Shown here: positions 19,564 through 30,400 of the stretch, piece after piece | How positions within the stretch are numbered: the stretch's first letter is position 1 | Layout of the letters: every line of letters begins with the position of its first letter | DNA from: Candidatus Giovannonibacteria bacterium | GTDB lineage: Bacteria; Patescibacteriota; Minisyncoccia; JACPKW01; UBA11713 | Reading direction: 5' to 3' | DNA: 64,000 bases | NCBI GenBank assembly: GCA_016186825.1 | Contig: JACPKW010000004.1 | Span: forward strand, 130,237 to 194,236 | The notes under the pieces: model-generated | What the model saw: the letters and a program-made list of their open reading frames with translations, nothing else | Told to the model about the DNA's origin: nothing | The model's database searches: none | Translations under genes and position numbers: made by a program

Positions 19564-21441
19564 ATGAAAAAAGGAAAAAATAGTTCGGAGTTAGTATCAA
19601 GAACGTTTAAAAAGCTTCAGAGAGATTATCTCGTTATCGGAAAAGAACGGGTGCACTCATGGGATGCCTGGCTTGCCATCGGTTTTATTGCGGGAGTTTT
19701 AGCGGCCGTTATTGTAATTTCAAACCGGAGCGGAGAATTTGATACTTCAGTTGCGGCGATCGAAGAATCGGCGGCAGTGTCAAGCTATTTCCCCGGGCGG
19801 ATTTTGGTGAAGTTCAAAGAAGGTGTCTCGGACGCCGAACAGGGGAGGCTTTTGAAAAGCTGGGGTCTCGCTAAGAAAAGTGAAGTTAAACAAATAAAAG
19901 TTAAAATCCTGAATGTTCCAGAGGGGGCAGAAGAAGTTTTAGTCCAAGCGCTTTTACACAATCCAAAAGTTGAGTATGCAGAACTTGATGGGATTCTTAA
20001 GCCGGAGCTTGTGCCAAACGACCCGTATTACTCAAGCGAGTGGCACCTTTCGAAAATCGGTTCTGAATCAGCATGGGATGTGACGCAGGGGCAGGCCTCT
20101 GTAGTCATTGCAATTTTGGATAGCGGAGTAGACGGAGGTCATCCGGATCTTTTGTCTAAGTTGGTTGCCGGTTACAACTTTTACAGCAATAACACGGATA
20201 CTTTCGATGTTTATGGTCACGGGACTAAAGTAGCGGGTGTCGCCGCCGCGGTCAGCAATAATGGTTTAGGCGTTGCGTCGCCAGCTTGGATAAATAAAAT
20301 AATGCCCATCAGGGTGTCGGATGCTTCTGGTTATGCATATTATTCAACAATTTCAAGTGGCATAACTTGGGCTGCAGATAACGGTGCAAAAGTAATGAAT
20401 GTGAGTTTCGGGGGTGTTGCGGGGAGTTATTCCATTACAAATGCGGCCAATTACGCAAAAAGCAAGGGGGCGCTTGTGGTAGCGGCGGCTGGAAATTGCA
20501 GCTGTTTTGACGGGACGCCGGAGAATACTTCAATGATTTCCGTTTCAGCAACAGACTGGAGCGATGCCTCAGCATATTGGTCAAGTGTTGGAAATTATGT
20601 GGATGTTTCTGCGCCCGGCACAGCAATATATACAACTACAGCAGGGGGAGGATATGAAGCTCCTTATGGAACTTCGTTTTCGAGCCCGCTTACGGCCGGC
20701 GTTATTGCATTAATGTTTTCAGCGAATGCTGATTTGACTCCCGCTGACGCGGAAGCAATTTTAGAATCAACCGCGCTTGATTTGGGATCATCCGGTTATG
20801 ATTCCTCATTCGGCTGGGGCAGGATAAATGCCGCTGCTGCAGTAGCAAGTGCCGCGAATAATGCTCCGCCGCCCGATATTTCAGCTCCGACAACCTACAT
20901 AACATCGCCCGCAGACGGCTCAACTGTTTCCGGAACAGTTTCTGTAACAATTTCTGCTTCTGACAACAATGCTGTTTTGAAAGTTGAGCTCTGGAAAGAC
21001 GGAACACTTTTTGCATCAGACACGTCATCTCCCTATTCTTTTTCGTGGAATACCTTTAATGAAGTCAACGGGTTGCATACTTTACAATCTCTGGCATACG
21101 ACGGCGCCGGCAATGTCGGGTATTCCGGGTTAGTGAATGTAAATGTAGATAATGTTGCTGACAGCATCGCTCCAAGCGTATCTATAAATTCGCCTCTCGA
21201 AAATTCTAAATTGCCATCCAGAGGAAACGTAAATATTTCTGTTTCCGCTAGCGATAGTGTCGGTGTTACGCAAATTGATATTCTCTTCGACGGGGTTTTG
21301 AGGAAGTCCTGCTATGACATAAATTCCTGTTTTTACAAATTAAATACAAATAAAATTTCTGCCGGAGCGCATACAATTTTGGCTAGGGCTTACGATCAAG
21401 CGGAAAATACCGGCTCGGCAGAAGTTAATGTAACCAAATAG
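19564..21441 (+). CDS. Subtilisin-like S8 peptidase (thermitase-like) with conserved leader and two Ig-like domains
   Basis: Catalytic triad ILDSG / GHGT / GTSFSSP, AAAGN oxyanion motif, ILVKFK prodomain. Confidence 0.92.
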   Translation: MKKGKNSSELVSRTFKKLQRDYLVIGKERVHSWDAWLAIGFIAGVLAAVIVISNRSGEFDTSVAAIEESAAVSSYFPGRILVKFKEGVSDAEQGRLLKSWGLAKKSEVKQIKVKILNVPEGAEEVLVQALLHNPKVEYAELDGILKPELVPNDPYYSSEWHLSKIGSESAWDVTQGQASVVIAILDSGVDGGHPDLLSKLVAGYNFYSNNTDTFDVYGHGTKVAGVAAAVSNNGLGVASPAWINKIMPIRVSDASGYAYYSTISSGITWAADNGAKVMNVSFGGVAGSYSITNAANYAKSKGALVVAAAGNCSCFDGTPENTSMISVSATDWSDASAYWSSVGNYVDVSAPGTAIYTTTAGGGYEAPYGTSFSSPLTAGVIALMFSANADLTPADAEAILESTALDLGSSGYDSSFGWGRINAAAAVASAANNAPPPDISAPTTYITSPADGSTVSGTVSVTISASDNNAVLKVELWKDGTLFASDTSSPYSFSWNTFNEVNGLHTLQSLAYDGAGNVGYSGLVNVNVDNVADSIAPSVSINSPLENSKLPSRGNVNISVSASDSVGVTQIDILFDGVLRKSCYDINSCFYKLNTNKISAGAHTILARAYDQAENTGSAEVNVTK

Positions 21442-21458
21442 AATTTAAATTTGCATCC

Positions 21459-24400
21459 ATGATTCAAAACTTCCAAAATCCAGAACAGGCGAAAATTGAA
21501 ACAGGTATCTTGAAAAAAGATCTGTTTTCAATCGGAACCAAGCGCGTTCATCCACATCGTGCTTGGAGTTTTATCGCAGTTGCGGTAATGATTTTTTCAG
21601 TGGCGATAACTGCGGCGGGAATTCCAACGATCGATGAAATAACTTATGCGGACGGTATTATTCCGGAAGGAAGCGGACTTAAAGTTCACTGGAAATTTGA
21701 TGAGGGGACGGGAACGACTGCGGCTGATTCATCCGGCAATAACGTAAATGCGTCGCTACTCAACGGCGCAACATTTTCTGCAAGCGGAAAAGTCGGAGGA
21801 GCTTTGAGTTTGGATGGAGTTGATGACTACGCATTAGGAGATAGTGGACAATGGTCGGGAGCATTCACAATTTCACTATGGGTAAAACCGAGCTCGGCTA
21901 GTAACGAAGGTGGAGGAGTATTTGCTTCTTCAAATAACTGGGTTCAAGCAAACACTTTTGAAATTTCAACTGGCGGTAATGGTTGCTATGGTGCTTACAG
22001 ATTTGAAGCTTATGGTAACGGAGGAGGTGGAATCCGAGGCTGTATGGGCGTTTATGGAGCAAACACTTGGACGATGTTGACTGCAACATTCGATGGAAAT
22101 AGAAACGCCATACAGAGCGGAAGTACTGCCAGCATAAAACTTTATAGGAACGGGCAATTTATTGGTTTTGCTGATGGATATCAACAGTTTTCAGGACTTT
22201 TTACCACATATAAATTGGGCCGCGATCGCGGAGGAGAGGTTAATAAATCAAATTATTTTTTCAAAGGCGACCTTGACGAAGTTAGAATTTACAATCGCGC
22301 ACTCTCGACTCAAGAAGTTTTGGATATTTATAATTCGGATAGCGGAACACCCTCTCCGCCTCCTGCGCCGGATACTACTGCGCCGACTGTTCCGTCAGGA
22401 CTTTCTGCTTCAACAATTTCATCTTCACAGATTAATTTATCATGGAGTGCATCGACAGACGCAGTTGGCGTTACAGGATACAAGATATATAGAGGCGGAG
22501 TACAAATTGCAACCTCAAACACAATTTCATATTCTGATACCGGACTTACTGCTTCTACATTATATTCATACACTGTTGCCGCATACGATGCGGCGGGAAA
22601 TACATCGGCGCAGTCTTCAAGCGCTAGCGCAACGACGCAGGCTTCCTCTCCAACTCCTACGCCAGATACAACAGCTCCTTCAGTCCCCACAGGGCTTAGC
22701 GCTACTGCAGTTTCTTCTTCACAAATTAATCTCTCTTGGACTGCTTCTACGGACGCTGTAGGCGTAACCGGATACAAGATATATAGAAGCGGAACGCAGA
22801 TTGCTACATCAAACACAACTACATATTCAAATATAGAGCTTTCTGCATCTACTTTATATTCCTACACTGTTGCTGCTTATGACGCGGCGGGAAATACATC
22901 GGCGCAGTCGGGAAGTGCGAGCGCGACAACACAAGCTTTTGTTCCATCAACTTATTCCGTCTGTGTCCCAAGAGGAACAGTTGATCCGACTTATCGTTGG
23001 GATAAATTAAATATTTATAAAGATGCAAACGGGCTCGAACATCCAACGGCTTCAAGTTACACTTTTTTAAAAACAGATCAAACCAGCCAGATCGCCATTG
23101 ATACTGCAAGAAATGTCCAAGTCGCTTTCATTAGCGGCGTAACAATGGAAGCGCCTGTAGGAACAGAAAATTGGACAGTAGTGCAAACACAAACTTGCCC
23201 ATCTGCGCGCTGGGCAGGAGCGATGGCTTATGATTCTTTAAATAAAGAAATGGTGCTTTTCGGCGGAACGCTTTCTATTGCGGGTCCAACAAACGACACT
23301 TGGATTTATAATACTGTAAGCCGCGACTGGACAAAGCTTGATCCCGGATCCGCAAGTCTTCGCGATCTGCGCGCAAAAGTTGCTTTAATCGGCGAAAATT
23401 TAGAAACACTTCGTTGGAATTTATGGAAAACTTTGGAATGGAAAACTACTGGAAAAACAGGCGCGATGAGCGAGTCCGCTTTGAACTCCGATCTTTCTCA
23501 AATTAAAATAAATGTTTCAATTGCAAGTGACTTAGCTTCTATTCAGTCAACAACTATCACAGACACTTATGAAAAATCACAAGTAACCGGAGTAAGCACT
23601 TGGCTTATAAGCGCTGAAACTAAACTTGCGAGCATCGGAAGCGGAATTTCCGGCGGAACTTTAGCTGGGCTTGAAACAGATTACCGCTCAATTATTTCAT
23701 TACAGAATGATATCGCAAGCGCAAAATATGCAGTTAATGCGGGGCCGACATCAAGATATTTCATTAGTTTAAATTACGATGCTTCCCAGAACGGTTTTAC
23801 AATCGCAAGTACGGTTGGTGCGAGTTATAGTGAAAATTGGCTTTATTCTTTAGCAAGAAAGCGCTGGGAAAGGAGCAATCCCATAATTGGATCTGCAACA
23901 ACTTTATCGCAGCCAACCGGAGAATTTGTTCTTCGCGACAATGCTACAGTCTCAAATCTTCAGAGCTGGAAAACATCAACAGATAATTGGAAAAATTCTA
24001 TTCAACCAAATACATGGATGATCGCTCCAACTAACGGCACAGGACGTCCAAATTGGGGGCGCACTTGGAGTTCTATTGTTTACGATCCTGATCGCCAGCA
24101 AATTTATTACCGCGACGGGGGGCATGGAAGTTATCATGGAAGTGTAACGGATCACTACGACATATTAACTGGACGCTGGTTTAGAAGCGACTGGGCATCA
24201 GCGCCCGACTCAAGAATCATAGGTTCTTATTTCGGCTGGGGACGCGATTACAACTATGCTCCTTGGGCTATTCACAATTACAAGAGATCGCTTTTTTATA
24301 ATCCCTTCACTGAAAGCCTCAATAGATATGTTATTTTTGGACCAGATGCGGCGGGAGGAATGAATGACTATAATCCTGATCAAGGTAAATGGTCTAAGGA

Positions 24401-27400
24401 TATATTGACTTCAGTTCCCTCGAATGTACCTGCCGTGCCTGATGGATTTATATTTGTTGACGGTTGGGAAAGGTATAGTTCTAGACCGACTACAAAAGTT
24501 TATTATACAACCTCAACAGGGATGAAAATTTGGGATGATACGGGCAGGTTGCCTTATCCAGTTGATTTCGACGTAGTTCTTTCGCTCTTTTTTAATCCCA
24601 CAACAAAAAAACTTTATTATTATGGCGGAAGCGATGCAGAATTGGGAGTTTATTCATTAGATCTTTCTCTTGCCAATCCGCGCTGGGCAAAGCTTTCAGC
24701 TACAGTTCGCGGAGGTGGATCGCTACCCTTTCCCAGTCGGGAAGTTACATACATTCCAAAATACAATGTTTTTTTAATGCTTGAAGGCTGGTCTGATTAT
24801 AATGACACGCGCCCTCCTCAAGTTTGGGTTTTTGATCCAAATATTAACGAGTGGTCAAAAATGAATATGTCCTATGGATCAGGAGTTATAGTTGGGCAAT
24901 ATCCTGGAAATCTAAATCCGATGGGAATTTCTAGCGGACTTGCATATGATAATATCAACGACCTCGCATTTTACATAACCGGAACTGGGCAAGGAGGCAC
25001 TCCCTCGCTTTTTACATTTCGGTACGCTCCTTCCGATTTAACAGCGCCGAGCGCGCCAACAAATCTTTCGGCAACTCCCGCTTCCGATACTCAAATAAAT
25101 TTGGCATGGAGCGCATCATCGGATTCTGAATCGGGAATTTTGAAATATAATGTTTTTCGCAATGGCACGCTTGTTGCGAGCCCAAACACAAATTCATATT
25201 CCGACACCGGGCTTATCGGCGGAACTTCATACACATACCAAGTTTCCGCAGTCAACGGAGTTTTGCTTGAGTCTGCAAAAAGCGCTTCTGTATCGCAATC
25301 TACTTTTACGGATATTTCCCCTCCAACCATTGTTTCGGCCGCAGCTTCCGATTCTAGTTCCGTTTCTGTTATTTTCAGCGAACCTGTTGAACAAATAAGC
25401 GCGACACAAATTTCAAATTATGGAATTAGTAACGGCATAACGATTTCTTCTGCTTCGCTTGGCGCTGACCTAAAAACTGTTACTCTATCGGTCTCTTCTT
25501 TAACAGCGGGTACAAGTTACGTTTTAACGGTCAGCAACGTAAAAGACCGCGCTTCTCTTCCGAATACAATTTTGGCTAATTCGCAAACAAGTTTTACGTT
25601 TACATCTGGACTCGTAGCGCATTGGAAATTTGATGAAGGAGCGGGTTTTGTAGCCAGCGACTCATCAGGAAGCAACAACACTGGTAACATCAGCGCGGCA
25701 ACTTGGACTTCCGGAAAAATAGGGCAAGCCTTAAGCTTTGACGGATCAAGCAGTTACGTTGACTTTGGAAATCCATCCTCACTAAAAATTACCGGAAGCC
25801 AGACAATCTCAATATGGCTTTACCCTACCGACTTTTCACAAAGGAGAAATCCAATTTCGAAAGCTTATGGCGGCGAAGGAACCATTACAGTTGAAACGGA
25901 CGGAACTGTTAATTATTTCTACGGCACCTGCGGTGGGGATTGCACCCCTTATCAAGGGTTTACAATGACAAGCGCTCTTACGGCAAATAGTTGGACGAAC
26001 TTAGTTCTTGTCCGCGATTTAAGCGCGATGAAACTACGATGGTACAAAAACAGTGTTTTAATTAACGAGTCAACCGCAAATTACTCAAGTGCCGTAGCTT
26101 CAGCAAGTTCATTGCTTGTTGGCAAAGGTTACGTTTATAATTTCGCAGGAAATATTGATGATATAAGAATTTATAATCGCGCTTTAAGCATCGCAGAAGT
26201 GCAAAGTATTTATACAAGCGTGCCTGCGCCGGTGCCTGATACCATAGCGCCTTCGGTTCCAGCTGGTCTTACAGCAACTGCGATTTCGTCTTCCCAAATA
26301 AATCTTTCGTGGGCCGCTTCCACGGATAATGTTGCGGTAACAGGTTACAAAATTTACAGGGGAGGAGTACAAATTGCAACTTCAAACACAACTTCGTATT
26401 CAAATATTGGGCTTACTGCTTCTACATTATATTCCTACACTGTTGCAGCCTATGATGCGGCTGGGAATACTTCTGGACAGTCGGGGAGTGCGAGCGCTAC
26501 AACATTAGCCGTGGGACAAGTTGATATTACATCGGGGCTAGTTGGACATTGGAAGCTGGATGAAACTTCCGGAATATCCGCAGCGGATTCTTCAGGAAAT
26601 AGTAATAATGGCACCATTTCAAATGGTCCTCTTTGGGCATCTGGAAAAATAAATGGGGCACTAAAAATGGATGGTGTTGATGATTATGTTACAGTTTCAA
26701 ACTCGGCAAATTTAAATCCCGCAGTAATTACTTTATCAGCGTGGATTAATCCTGCGACAATCGCGCAAGAACAGAAGCCAATTATTTTAAAATCTTACAC
26801 TTCGCATGTCTCGCCTTACTATCAGTATTATTTGTTTTGGTATAATACTGCTACTTACCCGAATACTATTGCATTTGGCATAAACGTTAACGGTTCTTTG
26901 GCTGGCGCCGCTAAATCCAATGCTTTTACTCCGCCGGGATGGCATTTGGTAACAGGGACTTTTGACGGAAGCGCCTCAAAACTTTACGTCGATGGCGTTG
27001 AAGCAAGTTCGGCTAATGTTTCAGGATCTTTGACTAGTTACCCAACAGAATTACATTTCGGTCGATATAGAAATATTGCTACCGATTCAATTCATAATTT
27101 CGCGGGTTCAATTGATGATATTAGAATTTATAATCGAGCGTTAACAGCGGCCGACGTTCAGGCGCTCTATGCTACAGCTCCTCCGCCCGCATACACGTTC
27201 TCACTTTCAAACGGCGGAACAAAAAGCATAGTTCAAGGTTCGTTTATTTCAAATTCAATCACGGCAACTCTTTCTTCGGGAATTGGACAACCAATAACAT
27301 TTTCGGCTTCTGGTCTTCCGCAAGGCGCAAGCCATAGTTTTAGTTCAACAAGTTGCACGCCGACATGCGCGACAAATCTAACTATCAGCACGACGGCAAC

Positions 27401-30400
27401 GACTCCGCCCGGAACTTACAATATTGTTGTCTCCGGAACAGGTTTGGAAGGCACAAAATCAACTTCGTTTTCGCTTAATGTGTCAACCGCTCCCACAGAT
27501 CCTTCAACTGCGCCGCCTTTACCTGCGGGAAGCATTCAGGTGCCGCTTACGGTGAAAGAAGCATTGCCCGCAGGAATTTCCGGAATGTCTAGAACCTCTG
27601 AATTAGTTTCTGTCGGTATTCCGCTTCCTGAAAATAGCGGAGCAATCAGCACTTCGCAACTCGGACTTTCCGGAACAACTGCCGGACAATTTAGAACTCT
27701 CGCCAAATGGCCAAACGGGAACATTAAATGGGTGCTTGCGGATTTTCTGGCGAGCGTTTCGGCCGGAGGAACAACGAACGTCAGTTTAACGACTGGAGCA
27801 GGAAATTTTGGAGGAACGAATTTAGCCGCGGATAATGGCAATACGATAAATATAAATACCGGACCGGCACAATTTGTAATTAAAAAATCAAATTTCAATG
27901 TTTTCGACAGCGTGATAATCAATGGGCAAACTCTGGTAAACACAGGAAACAACGGTAAGTTGGTTATGCGCGATTCTTCAGATAACGAATATAATTCCTC
28001 AAATGATCCGTTCTCTGCGGCAGTCATTGAAGAAAATGGTCCAGTGAAAACAGTAATAAAAGCAGCAGGATCATTCAAAGATTTAAACGGAACGCGGCTT
28101 GCCGGATATACTTTGCGGATGACTTTTTACAAAGGCGATGCTTCCGTTAAAACCTTGTTTGCAATTACGAATTCGGACGTTGCAAGTCGAGCCCACACTA
28201 ATTTTAACAGCGTAGAAGCTGTTGTTCCGATAAACATTGGCGTTACTAAAATAGCTGAATACGCAACGAAAGTTGGAAGCACATCTGGAAATATCTCATC
28301 TGGAGAAACATCTTACCTATTTCAAGGGTACAGTCTTGATAAATTGGATGCCAGCGGACGAGATTGCTTTAACTGGAAACCACCTGTGCCCGGAACGTGC
28401 GATTCGAATTTTACATATCAATACGATCAGTCTAAGGCTGGTCTTGAAATAAAAATAGGTCAGAATACTGCCAATGTTTTGGGAAATCAAAGTGATTGGA
28501 CCGGAGGATGGGGCGAGTTGCGCGACTCATCCGGAAAAGGAGTGAGCATGGCTTACCGCTGGATGTCTTCCTACTGGCCGTCGGGTTTTGAAATGAAAGG
28601 CGATGGCAGTACTTCTATTGAAATATTTTCCAAACGGAACACAAAAAAGGGGCTGACTCTCGTTTTTGGGAAGCATGAAGCGAGAGAAATAATCTGGGAT
28701 TTCCATTCTGCGGCAGGAAATAATCAAAAGACCCTCTATAAATTGCAGTATCCGCTAATCGCCCAAGCGCCATTTTCACATTACCAAAATACTAAGGCCA
28801 TTTTTGGACAGGACGAATTTGTAACTCCCGCAGAGCAAACTAAATTTTTTACGGACATGGGAAAATCGACATGGGCGCCTAATCTTGGCAATCTTTCCAT
28901 GTATCGTATTTATCGGTCGATCGGTTGGGGGACTGGAGGCGGAGGCAATCAAACAGATTTTCCGTTAAATGACTTGCAAGACTTTTTAAGAACAGGAAAC
29001 CCGGGATTTTATCTTTTGGGCGAGCAAAGAACGTTGTTCAACAATACAGCATTTGTAAGAACTGACAACGGTGGAGTTCCATCTGGATTTGATCCAGAAC
29101 CAAGCTGGTCTTCTAGTATTAATGGCAGTTTCATTGACATGGAACACGCACATGTTTTATCCACTCCTTTTTATTACTTACTAACGGGAAATGAATGGAT
29201 AAAGGAAGGCTTTTTGGATTATGGAGATTATCTAGAGTACACCGAAACAGGATGGAAATATTATGCGATGCCAACAAATCCTTGGAATCGTTCTTGGGAT
29301 AGAAAATTACGCAACATGGCGCTTCTGTACGAATTTTCATGCCAGACTGGAAACTGCAACACAAAATATCGCGATTATCTTACAAACTGGATGGATTATT
29401 ATTTAAGTTCTCGCGATAACCCTTCCAACAAGTACGTACATGGGCGAAACATTGAGCGTGGATATCGGTATTGGGCCTATCCTTGGGCTGAAGATATCGG
29501 TTTGCGTCCAGTACAAGCTTTAACAGATGTCCAGATTCACTTTGAAGCGATGTATCAAGCACTTCGTGTGATGGAAGACACGGCTGTAACTTATTTGCGT
29601 CAAGAAGAATTGGAAGATTATTTGACTGGACTTTCGCAGTTTATATTCAACGAATATTATGACGAGATAAATGGCGGTGATGCTCTCGAGGAATTCGGAT
29701 TTATGTATGGATATCCATTAGACAGCGCCTCAACTATAAATGGCGGCAATTACTGGCTGACACTTGCTCCCTACGACGCATCTCGACCCGCTTTTTGGGG
29801 TTATCAAAAAACCGGAGATGCCTCGATGCTTACTAAAGCAAATAAGTTAATATGGGCAATTACAGAATATGCCACAGGCCGCAGTCCGTCGGAACTTCAG
29901 GATCAGGCTTTGATGTACACTCATTTCAACCCTCCCGCAACATGGAAACCGCTTTCTGTTTCAGCCGCAAACAACGGGGGCGGTTCATACACGCTTTCTT
30001 GGAATGTTCCCGCAGGCACAACGAAGTATCAAATTAAATATTCACCCAAACCGATTGTTGAATGGCTTGGATTCAATAAAGTTACGAGAACATATCAATA
30101 CGATCCTGCCCAATATACCGCTTTCTTTGCCGCGACAAATATTTCAAACGAGCCTGCGCCGCTTTCTAGCGGAACTCAAACATTCACACTCTCCGGCCTT
30201 TCCTGCGGATCTAATTGTTACTTTGCAGCGAAATATTATGACGGAGAAGTGGGATCTGTTACACCGCCTCCATCTGATACTCAAGCGCCTACAATCCCGA
30301 CAAATCTATCTGCTACCGCAATTTCTTCTTCCCAAATTAATCTTTCTTGGACCGCCTCCACCGATGCAGTTGGCGTAACTGGATACAAAATATATAGAAG

